DNA of 64,000 bases, taken from a virus. Below, piece after piece: positions 7,901-15,909 of this stretch. The DNA lies in IMG/VR virus record IMGVR_UViG_2711768806_000001, one strand, 5' to 3'. Position 1 is the stretch's first letter, and each line of letters starts with the position of its first letter. A program made the position numbers and the translations under genes. The notes beneath the pieces are model-generated. The model was not told the origin of the DNA, searched no databases, and saw only the letters and a program-made list of their open reading frames with translations.

Positions 7901-9870
7901 TGTTGTTCGGCGGGACGAGGGACAATCCCGCGAGCTTCGGCGGCGGCTTCGACCTCTCCGGCGGCGGCTTCGACCTCTCCGGTTCGGCAAGCAGTGGCGG
8001 CGCGACCTTCGGAACGCCCGTGGGCGGCGGAGAGCCTTACGGCCTCCCCGTCGGTACGGATACCGGCGGTTACGGGTCAAGCGGCGCGGTGTTCCCGCCC
8101 TGGGTACACGCACTTGAGAACATGTTCGGGGTCAAGGCCAGTACCTACGCCGGCCACCAGGAAAAGGACGGCCAGAACAAGGGCATTGACTGGTCCGGCC
8201 CCGTCGAGAACATGCAGCGGTTTGCCGAGTACCTCTCCACCGTCCCGCAGGCCCTGGAGCAGGTCATCTGGAACAACCCGAATACGGGCCAGAAGATCGG
8301 CATTGCCAATGGGCAGTTCGTCGGCCCCGGCACCGACCAGCCGGGCTACTACGCCAACGACTGGGGCGGGCATCAGAACCACGTCCATACGCGGCAGAGT
8401 TATTCGATCCCGCTCCCCGGTGGCGCGGCGGCCCCGGCCTCCTTCGGTACGCCATCGTTCGGCGGCGGCTTCAGTGGCGGCGGTGGCGGAACCCCCGTGT
8501 TCGTGACCAACTGGCCCTTCGGCGGCATGCCGGGAATGCCCGGTGGCGGGGGGTCGCCCGGCGGCCCCGGAACCATGGGCAAAATGAGCATGCCCATCGC
8601 CGATGCGTCAGCCTTCAGCGGCTTCGGCAACCCGGGCTCTCCCCAGGCTGTGGCCAACATGATCTACCAGCAGGCGGTGTCCCGCGGGTACAGCCCGCAG
8701 GAAGCTCAAGCCATCGTTGCCTACGCCATCGGCGAATCGGGGCTCAACCCCAACGCCAACGGCGGGCCACAGGGTGGCGGCGGCGCGGCCAACGAGGTTG
8801 TTGGACTATTCCAGCAGAAGCCCGACTTCGCCAAGGGTGGCGGTATCGATCCGTCACTGCGCACCAACGCTGCGGCCAATACCTACGCCTACCTCAACCA
8901 GCTGGACAGGAACCGCAACCTCCCGATCGAACAGGCCCTGCCCAAAACATCGAGCGGCGGCCCCCTCGCCACTGGCGGCAACTGGGACGGCCTGATGAGC
9001 CAGGCTGCGCAGTATCTCGGCATGCCTGGAACCCCCGCAAGCCTCTCCGGCATGCAGGGTGTCGCTGGCGGCCCGCTCGGCACAGGATTCCCGACAGGTC
9101 TCCCTGGCGGTACCCGACCCGGCGTTGCCGGTGGAGCGGCTGGCGGCGGCATCCCCGGGCTGTTCGGCAGCCTGGGCGGTGCCGGTGGTGGCGCTGCTGC
9201 TGGGGCCCTCGGGCAACTGCCCGGCCAGCAGCCCGGTCAGCAAAACGGCTTCCCCGGCGCTTCGGGCGCTGCGGGTGGCGCACTCGGCGGTGCGATGGGT
9301 GGTCAAGCGGCGGCGGCTGATTCGATGATCGGCCAAGGCAACAACGATTACCGACCCGGCGAGGAGGGCTGGCAGCCCTCGGGCGGCGGCGGCCTCGGGA
9401 TCGGCGGTCTCGCGGGCGCAGCGATCCAGGGCGCGATGGGCGCAGGGAGCGCAATGGCCGGTCCCGCAGCCCCGGCAGCCTCCGCGGCAGCCCAGATGGC
9501 GATGCAGCTAATTCAACGCGGAATTAAATACGGCGGCCAAGTTGCCTCCATCGGCGTTGAAGGTTTGTTCGAAACCCTGACCTTGGGCGATTCAGCTCTG
9601 GGCGATATGTCGAAAAGCTGGTTTGGCAGGCTCCTCTCCGGATTCGCCAGCGCAAAGCCAGCTATCGGCGGCAGCGCTGGGAAAGCCGGCGAGAAGCAGG
9701 AGAAGGAACAGCCGGGCGAACCGAAGGATCAGAAGCAGGGGCAGCAGGGCAACCAAATCGGTCGGCAGGGAATCTTCATCGAGAATTTCTCGCCAAAAGA
9801 CACGAGACAGGGTCAGGCCATGCTGAACGACCTCAACTTCGCCAGCTACCAAGCCGGACAGGGCCGGTAG
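4933..9870 (+). CDS. Tape measure protein
   Basis: 1645 aa; coiled-coil and Ala/Gly-rich; C-terminal muralytic-like motifs; follows chaperones. Confidence 0.95.
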   Translation: MARVDLWAFLHLNQKSMRNAEKEAVGRFQKIGRESADAMSKEIENAAPRVRRAMNRVSDATLSSSRAAREAKRSQDALAKSSQKVLKLQQDIADQKERNNRLLKTEKANQRQQTRAQQEQNKALADYNRLIDRRSKKNDANKATKEEIRLANHRIKQLKLEGKHKEAKALDKAIHPTRKKDILESREIRALDNQLAAAKADLAKKTEHLAKVNQNLKSIERDRQAGLKSLTQAQDEYNRATKETIDAMASVKKANEDVEKAVRSRTEAVKTLHEVEAAEEEKRRAEEEKRRKRVDRDRRGGRGGRRGGGLGVIGNMLTDLPFVPSGRAGAFMGGGLLITMASAMEAVVTASQSLALTPAILMAAGAGFGTLALGVSGFGDAIKDMGDPEKFAEALQSLSPAAQQAALEIQYLVDGPLGDLKKATQETLFEGVAQRFRSLTNTFQPEIMRLTTGIAGAMNGMFDEFTNQLMTPGSQKAISSIIDDIVKAFQNLQPAIAPFTNALLKISETGASFLPDLATGLANAATSFSRFITEAQRSGKLEEFIQKGIDAAKSLGDAIWTIGGRIYEVFGNKSPEDFEKTLQDVIDAVGGLANGLVTASKAVNAVLKEIEPLTNLMKDHPGLVWAMIGAWVGFKGLGLVAMISGLAGGLGNVATALGKIPSLAQKAGAGISGALAAVSIPAWLKFLMKWGGAIGFGGQSDVKMPGDEGYPFDPNDPKYGEDALRRKAREKLGLPPEIPTGGAPGTGNGPHGRDGRRRWNPNAGRSATTGIGPAPADAGLPPWAPHDVPLPPPADGGGKLSDSERRDQIWSTLNPDDFMPKIDVPMGPITPGTPRLEIGTDGKPFSKPGYGYTDIDPRAVAEAQEKVRREALDYRDAAMELAILQKDSLATEREIFEAKEKLKEAEYDFNKAQLDLVEELNGKWKKVKGGMMDANKLGAGLDDDLGLSRGLAGLADNLVRFVGNLATAPLQMMLSKIAAQGDGSSGILGMLFGGTRDNPASFGGGFDLSGGGFDLSGSASSGGATFGTPVGGGEPYGLPVGTDTGGYGSSGAVFPPWVHALENMFGVKASTYAGHQEKDGQNKGIDWSGPVENMQRFAEYLSTVPQALEQVIWNNPNTGQKIGIANGQFVGPGTDQPGYYANDWGGHQNHVHTRQSYSIPLPGGAAAPASFGTPSFGGGFSGGGGGTPVFVTNWPFGGMPGMPGGGGSPGGPGTMGKMSMPIADASAFSGFGNPGSPQAVANMIYQQAVSRGYSPQEAQAIVAYAIGESGLNPNANGGPQGGGGAANEVVGLFQQKPDFAKGGGIDPSLRTNAAANTYAYLNQLDRNRNLPIEQALPKTSSGGPLATGGNWDGLMSQAAQYLGMPGTPASLSGMQGVAGGPLGTGFPTGLPGGTRPGVAGGAAGGGIPGLFGSLGGAGGGAAAGALGQLPGQQPGQQNGFPGASGAAGGALGGAMGGQAAAADSMIGQGNNDYRPGEEGWQPSGGGGLGIGGLAGAAIQGAMGAGSAMAGPAAPAASAAAQMAMQLIQRGIKYGGQVASIGVEGLFETLTLGDSALGDMSKSWFGRLLSGFASAKPAIGGSAGKAGEKQEKEQPGEPKDQKQGQQGNQIGRQGIFIENFSPKDTRQGQAMLNDLNFASYQAGQGR

Positions 9871-9876
9871 AGACTT

Positions 9877-9920
9877 GGTACTGACCCGCGACTTAGTTCC
9901 CCTAGTCGCGGGTCAGTACC
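9877..9920. repeat. Perfect 17-bp inverted repeat between convergent tape measure and endonuclease genes
   Basis: GGTACTGACCCGCGACT / AGTCGCGGGTCAGTACC with 10-nt loop; no clear U-tract. Confidence 0.85.
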
Positions 9921-10879
9921 TCTTCAATCTGCGTGAAGAACCATTGGGTCATTGTGTCCGCTACAACGGGCTTTCGCACCCCTCGCCGAACCATCTCGGC
10001 GTCCCATCGGTCGCGGTACTCGACGAGCCGCGGGCGCTCGGCGGCGAGCCTCGCCTCAACCTCCCGGCGCTTGACGAAGGGGTTGCCCTCGATCCTTCCA
10101 AGAAGGACATTGCAGCCGTTGCAAAGGATGGAGCGCAGGCACTTGCCGCAGGATAGCGTCCCCGGGCAGCAGGCGTGGTCGTGGTCCACGCAGGCTCGCC
10201 TAGTCCCGGGGTCCCCATCCCAACTCAAGGGCTCGGAACAGGCCGCGCAGCGATAGTCCTGTTCCTCCATGAGTGCGTTGAGGGCTTCAGGCCCAACGCC
10301 GTACTTGAACCCGCGATACCGCTCGCGTGACGACTCGGGATCTTCGTGCCACTTGGCGCTTTGGGCCGCCTGTTGGCAGCGCTTGCACCGGGGCTGGTAC
10401 CTGTCCTTGTACCGCGAGAAGCCGGACACCGGCTGCAGGGGCTCGTCACAATCGGGGTTCGTGCACCAGCGCTTACCTTCTTCGACGAACCGTGCGCGAT
10501 GCGCCTTACAGGGGCCGTGGTGCCACGAAGGGTTGTCGCAGCCATCCATTGGACAGACGCCCCCCTTTCGACGCCCCAGGCAATCAAAGCACCACCAACG
10601 CTTGCCCCATGATGAGCCATTCGTGTTAGGAAAGGCGTCCAGGGGCTTGATCGGCTGCTTGCACTCCGGATGCTTGCAATAGCCTGCGCCACTCGCTTCG
10701 AGCTCCTCGCGATGCTGAAGGCAGAAGCTCTTCTTGTGTCGCGCGTTCTCGCAGCCCCTTACCGGGCATGTGGGCACTGGTAGCGTGCCCCGCTTCCTGT
10801 TGCGCGCGTAGCACGCAGCGCAGTATCCCCAGCCGACGATCTTCGTCTTGCTGCAGTCTTCGGTTGCGCAAGTCCTCAA
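9902..10879 (-). CDS. Free-standing endonuclease VII-type (HNH-like) homing endonuclease
   Basis: CAAC...VDHDH.CC...C..C.RSILC..CNVLLG EndoVII signature; repeated Cys-rich N-terminal modules; antisense insertion in tail operon. Confidence 0.85.
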   Translation of the reverse strand: MRTCATEDCSKTKIVGWGYCAACYARNRKRGTLPVPTCPVRGCENARHKKSFCLQHREELEASGAGYCKHPECKQPIKPLDAFPNTNGSSWGKRWWCFDCLGRRKGGVCPMDGCDNPSWHHGPCKAHRARFVEEGKRWCTNPDCDEPLQPVSGFSRYKDRYQPRCKRCQQAAQSAKWHEDPESSRERYRGFKYGVGPEALNALMEEQDYRCAACSEPLSWDGDPGTRRACVDHDHACCPGTLSCGKCLRSILCNGCNVLLGRIEGNPFVKRREVEARLAAERPRLVEYRDRWDAEMVRRGVRKPVVADTMTQWFFTQIEEVLTRD

Positions 10880-11015
10880 GGCCGGGGACCTCCTATCTTC
10901 CAGCGTTCATTTCCACTGTACCGCGGTGCGCCGCGTAGTTCATCCCACTGTGATGCGGAACGCACTCAACCATGTTCCGTGGCGCTGCCACTCCCTACAG
11001 GAGGTTTACGCTTAA

Positions 11016-13004
11016 TTGGAGTCATATCCTCCTACGCCAATAACCAAATACGGAATTCAACTCCTTAAAGAGGGGGTTGAACCGAATATCACCTATACCT
11101 CCCCCGGCGGGGAGATTATCTTCTACCTGAATGGTGGGCTGGCGCCATTCCCCGGGGTTACCGAAGGCATTGCCCTAGAAGAGGGTATTGAGGGCCTTCA
11201 CCCGCTATTCAATCACCTAGATACCAAGGGTGCGAGGCAGGACGGCGCGACGTGGACCGATACGGTTTACGAGCCGGCCGAAATGGTGATGAAGGTTATC
11301 GCCACCGCCCCCACCGCAGAGGGCTTGCGCCGGGTTATCCGCAAATGGATCGCCTCGTGGGACCCGGAGAATCCCGGAAAGCTCACCTGGACCACCCCCG
11401 AGTCGGGGGAGTGGTGGTGCTATCCACGCCTTCACCGCCCGGTTACCGACAAGCTCAACCGCGGCTATGCACGGGACGGTATTCAAAAGTTTAGCAATTG
11501 GTCGATCCGTAATGACGACGCCTTCTGGCGTTCGCACGATTCGGTTTCCCAATTCCAATTCTCTTATCGAATGGCGGTTGACGAGTTCAACCGCGACGAC
11601 GACGGAACCTTGGGCCCCAACTGGGAGCAGACCTATTCCGGTTCCGACGAGGGCGTGTGTGAGACAGAGCCCGCCCTGAACTTCCTGATTCCGGGCCGGG
11701 CCCGATGGACCCCCGCGGGCGAGGAGCAGCGGACGGTCATCAACCGCTGGCTGGGTTCTACCGAGGTGCAGACGGTTGAGGTTCACGGCAGCCCCACAAC
11801 GTGGCGGTTGGGCTTCGGTGGCCAGCCGACTTCGCCGATCTCCCATCCCGCCACCGCGGCGCAGGTGAAGACCGCCCTGGTGGGGCTGGAGAGCATCACC
11901 ACCGATGATGTGACTGTCGAGGGTGAGACTGGCGGCCCCTACACCGTTACGTTCACCGGCCAGTACGCCAAGACGGACGTCCCCCAGATGGAGGCGTCCG
12001 TGGTGAGCGGCGGCACCAACCCGTATGTCACGGTGGCCACCACCTCTACGGGTACGCCCGCCGTCACGGCCACCGACAACCAGGTTATCTCCATTCAATT
12101 GGGCGCATTCTTTATGTTCCCATTCCCGGATGCGGCCTATATCGATATCTGGGGCCGAATGAGCGAAGACAATGAGACGGGTATCCGGTTGAGGATTGGC
12201 CCGCAGTGGATTCGCCTTTCCCGGTTCAATAACGGTGTTGAGACGGTTCTTCGTCAAAGGATTCTGCTTGTCCTCCCCATCTGGGGCGAGACGTGGTCTT
12301 TGGTGTGCGGCTCGGCCAATAACGCCAGACAGTTCACCGTTATGCGAAGCGGCTTCCCCATCCTCTCCTATAAGGAGACTGGTACCGGTTCGGCTTTGGG
12401 CGCGGATTACCGCGGCGTCGGATTCGGTATGGAAGCCGGGGACGGATTCACCCGCCAACTGGTTCCGCCGGCGGTCAACAAGTGGGCTTTCGGCGACAAC
12501 GCCACCCTCACTCAATCGGGGCATCTGGCCCTTACCAACTTCGGCGACCAGCCGGGATTCCCGGATCTGGTGGTGTACGGCCCGGGGACGTTCAAGTTCT
12601 CCGACGGGCCGGGGGCGGAGCCGACGATCGAGTTCGGACCCCTGGCTGATGGACAGGTCGCCCTGATCAAGACCCATCCCGGTCAACGGGCGGTGTATGA
12701 CATCACCACGGATCAGACTGAGCAGGATTTGCCGTTCTTCCAAGATTTCCTGAAGCGGCTTATCAGCCTGGCTTTCAATGGGAATGTCCCGCCTTTGATG
12801 GAGTGGTTCCAAAGCCTTTTCGGCATCGAACCTCCCCAGGGGAATATGTATTCCCTCTTGAAGGGACGGTGGTCTAAACCGGTCCCCCCGAGGACGTTGA
12901 CCGCTTCGCCGGTTACCCACCAGATCGCGGTGGAGATCAAAGACGGCAACGCAAATTCAAAGGTTATCGCGGCACTGACGCCCATGAGGCGCTGGCCCGA
13001 GTAA
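11016..13004 (+). CDS. Minor tail protein (distal tail-like)
   Basis: AGGAGG SD and TTG start; 662 aa; first gene after tape measure/endonuclease. Confidence 0.85.
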   Translation: MESYPPTPITKYGIQLLKEGVEPNITYTSPGGEIIFYLNGGLAPFPGVTEGIALEEGIEGLHPLFNHLDTKGARQDGATWTDTVYEPAEMVMKVIATAPTAEGLRRVIRKWIASWDPENPGKLTWTTPESGEWWCYPRLHRPVTDKLNRGYARDGIQKFSNWSIRNDDAFWRSHDSVSQFQFSYRMAVDEFNRDDDGTLGPNWEQTYSGSDEGVCETEPALNFLIPGRARWTPAGEEQRTVINRWLGSTEVQTVEVHGSPTTWRLGFGGQPTSPISHPATAAQVKTALVGLESITTDDVTVEGETGGPYTVTFTGQYAKTDVPQMEASVVSGGTNPYVTVATTSTGTPAVTATDNQVISIQLGAFFMFPFPDAAYIDIWGRMSEDNETGIRLRIGPQWIRLSRFNNGVETVLRQRILLVLPIWGETWSLVCGSANNARQFTVMRSGFPILSYKETGTGSALGADYRGVGFGMEAGDGFTRQLVPPAVNKWAFGDNATLTQSGHLALTNFGDQPGFPDLVVYGPGTFKFSDGPGAEPTIEFGPLADGQVALIKTHPGQRAVYDITTDQTEQDLPFFQDFLKRLISLAFNGNVPPLMEWFQSLFGIEPPQGNMYSLLKGRWSKPVPPRTLTASPVTHQIAVEIKDGNANSKVIAALTPMRRWPE

Positions 13005-13014
13005 GGAGTTCTGC

Positions 13015-14199
13015 TTGCCCAGAGTTCAGGTCGATCAAGCGACTCTTGATGATCTTAGGGCGAAGCTCTCCCTGGATGCCTACACGGCTGTTGATGCGGC
13101 CCGGATGGCGGCGGAGCTTGAACAGGCCGCCGTCTCCGATACCCGCATTGTCGTGACGGTCTACGACAAGTTCTACAGGCCCGTGGGGGAGTGCGGCGAC
13201 TACATCTCATTGGGGTGCAAGTTCCCGCGCAATAAGGTCGAAACGGGCAACCTCTCCATCAAGAGGTCTGACCCTCTCGCAAATGTCATTCTGCAATGCC
13301 ACGAAACCACCGTGCCGATCACTATCGAGATCGGTCACCTTTTGTGGTCGGGCCAGGTTAAGACCGCCCACGACAACTTCAACCAGCCTGGTACGGCGGA
13401 TTTCGTCGAGTGCGAACTTGAGGGCGATTACGCCTGGCTGATGAAGATCCTCGCGTGGCCGAACTTTCTGCTGCCTTTGCAGGTGCAGTTCCCGCCGCGT
13501 GGCGTGGCAATTGGCCCGGCTGTCTCCATTCTGAAATGGCTCCTGGCCACCCAGGCCTTCCGTATTCAGGCGGGTATGTGGGAGATGGTCAATAACGCCC
13601 TGAGTTTGAATCTCGACTGGCGTTCATGGTTCGGTACGGTTCTCCAGGCTAATCCCGGTAGTGACGGTATTGGTCTGGATGATATCGCCCGCACCCTTCG
13701 CACCCCGATTTACGTGGTGCCCACCAATCCTTTGACGGATACCTCCCCGTTCATTTCGGTCAACTGGCGAATGGACAAGATCGGATCGATCTTTGAAGAG
13801 GTCGTCGAAGATAATGGCTTGCACGTTGAGGTGAAATTGTGGCGGCCGGGCGATCCCCAGCCGGGCAATGATCCCCTTCTGGCCTTGTTCCCATTGACGG
13901 TTCCCACCATTGTCGTGGATATCAAAGACCGCATGGGCATCGTCGGGCCCACCGGGACGTTTATCGACGGCATCCTCCGTGTGGCCGTTGACCTGCAGGA
14001 AGGGCTTTTCGGAGACATCCTGGCCCCGTTCCTGAACCCGAAGGGTGAATACGCCCCGGACGGTTGGAATATCGCCCCGCTATTGGGTATCCATTATGTC
14101 CCTTCTTGGGCGGTATTCAATGCTGACCATCCAAAGGGTGGCGTTTCCGGTCGAATGTCCCATCATAGACCGGAGGCGTGGCGCGTAATTGTAGGCGGT
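13015..14199 (+). CDS. Minor tail protein, exon 1 of intron-split gene (spliced product 577 aa)
   Basis: Ends ...WRVIVGG at the U of the P1 U-G pair; unspliced frame stops at 14232. Confidence 0.85.
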
Positions 14200-14464
14200 T
14201 TGTCGGATGATTTGGCCGCCGCGGCTGCGTAAGTAGCCGCTAGAAAACCTCACCGTATCGGTGAACCCCGCCCAAAAGGGGAATACCGAGGAAACCAGCA
14301 CATTGGGTTCCGTACAGACTAAACGTGAGGCTCCATCTTTGAACCGTTGCGAATGTGTATCGCAACGTGGAGATGGATGAAGTTATAGTCGGGTCTGCAT
14401 CGATGGCAAAGATGCAGAGTCAGGCAGAAATGACCTGGCCCCACGTTCGTGGAGTAACAAACCG
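14200..14464 (+). mobile_element. Group I self-splicing intron, 265 nt, no internal ORF
   Basis: P1 GGCGGU/GCCGCC with U-G; P10 UGAUUU/AAAUCA; P2 with GUAA loop; P3 CCUCAC/GUGAGG; P4 UCGGUG/UACCGA; R CAGACUAAA and S AAGUUAUAGUCGG; terminal G; removal restores frame. Confidence 0.93.
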
Positions 14465-15013
14465 AAATCACCTAAATGGCTTAACGACCTTATTAACGCG
14501 ACTATGGCCTTTATCTTGGACATGGTCCTGATCGTGGTGGGAATTACCGGCGTCCCGAGCAACCTTTTCGACGGGCTGTTCAATGACGTCCTTTTGGCCT
14601 TCCAGCTGGCGGACAACTTCGAGCGGCGCATGAAAATGGGCCCCTACGGCCACGCCGAGGTCTTCGTTCCCACCAACAAGGCCCCCTATACCATCGACGG
14701 CATTTTCGCCCTCAAGCGGGAAATGTGGAACACCAGAGGCTATATTTCTGGCGAGGTCACATTCAAGAATGGCCTGCCTTACGAGATTGGTAGGGATATC
14801 TTCCCGGGGTCTTTGGCGACCCTGATCCGCGATGGAAAAGTCTACACCGACTGGGTGGAGAACATTGCCGTTGTGGATACCCGCGACGGCCGCTCCGAAG
14901 TCGTGGTTCAGATTGGCGACGGCAAGGCTGAAGAGGCCTCGGTCGTGAAACTCCAAAGAAAGCTTTCGAAGCTTCAAGAGGCCTTCAACATCATCACGAT
15001 GGCCACTCAATAA
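14465..15013 (+). CDS. Minor tail protein, exon 2 of intron-split gene
   Basis: KSPKWLNDLINATMAF... in frame with exon 1 after excision. Confidence 0.85.
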   Translation, partial: KSPKWLNDLINATMAFILDMVLIVVGITGVPSNLFDGLFNDVLLAFQLADNFERRMKMGPYGHAEVFVPTNKAPYTIDGIFALKREMWNTRGYISGEVTFKNGLPYEIGRDIFPGSLATLIRDGKVYTDWVENIAVVDTRDGRSEVVVQIGDGKAEEASVVKLQRKLSKLQEAFNIITMATQ

Positions 15014-15057
15014 CGGGTTAGTGGGCTAACCCACTAACACTAAAGGGGAATCTTTAC

Positions 15058-15909
15058 ATGGCATTGACTATCGATGGCTCCAACATCACCTTCGACGGTC
15101 GGGTCACCGTTGTCAACGGCTTCAACCCGGACACCGGGGTGGCATATCTGGTTTTGACTCCCGAGGGTGGCTTCGGCGAGCTGCCGTTCTTCTCGGCCGG
15201 TACGCCGGGTCTTCCCCCGGAGTTCACCGAGATCAAGATGACCCCGGTCGACCCGGATGATCCGCTACCCACCCCAAACCCGGTGGTTACCGTGGTTGAT
15301 CCGGGCGGGCCGGGGCTTCCCTCCAAGTTCAAGCTGGAATTCTTCGTCCACAAGGGCCTTAAGGGCGACACCGGCTCGCTAGTGATTGCCAATGCGGAGG
15401 ACCTCGCCGCCTCTCCGGCGCTGGGCGCGGGAACCGACAAGTACACGCTGGTATACCGCGCCTCGGACGGCATGTGGGTCCCCACCGCTCAAAAGGTCGG
15501 GAACATGTACGTGTCGTCCGACATCGCGGCGACGGGCTTCAACTCGACTTCCGTTCGAGCCTTGTCGAGCATCTCCATCGCGGCCCAGCCGTTCGACTGG
15601 TACCCGGAGGTGTACGCCCAGACTCAGGTGACAGGCTCCGCGGATACCCGCGTAGACCTGGTGGCCCGACTCAACGACGCCGCCTCCGGGGCGATGGTGG
15701 GCTTCTCCAAGGGCCTTGTCGGCACCACCCCGCCGCCCAACGTCGTCATCCCGGCCTTTTCGGTGAGCTCCGCGCTCCCCAAGGTTCTCGCGGGTAATGC
15801 CGCCACCATCTATCTGCGCGCCGAGCAGCAGGCCGCCACCAGTAACTCTTGGTCCACGCCCGCCTCTCCCGCCACCACGTTCTGCGTGAAGGTGGCGCCC
15901 CTGCTATGA
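15058..15909 (+). CDS. Minor tail protein
   Basis: 283 aa; G-X-Y stretch GLKGDTG; tail operon. Confidence 0.8.
   Translation: MALTIDGSNITFDGRVTVVNGFNPDTGVAYLVLTPEGGFGELPFFSAGTPGLPPEFTEIKMTPVDPDDPLPTPNPVVTVVDPGGPGLPSKFKLEFFVHKGLKGDTGSLVIANAEDLAASPALGAGTDKYTLVYRASDGMWVPTAQKVGNMYVSSDIAATGFNSTSVRALSSISIAAQPFDWYPEVYAQTQVTGSADTRVDLVARLNDAASGAMVGFSKGLVGTTPPPNVVIPAFSVSSALPKVLAGNAATIYLRAEQQAATSNSWSTPASPATTFCVKVAPLL

Noticed and set aside
7936-7982. Tandem 21-bp repeat in the tape measure
   Set aside because: In-frame GGGFDLS duplication in a low-complexity linker; not a CRISPR or regulatory array
14200-14232. C-terminus LSDDLAAAAA of ORF 13015-14232
   Set aside because: It is read-through into intron P1/P2, not genuine protein sequence
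14504-15013. Independent gene starting at ATG 14504
   Set aside because: No SD, and the frame is open from 14465; better explained as exon 2
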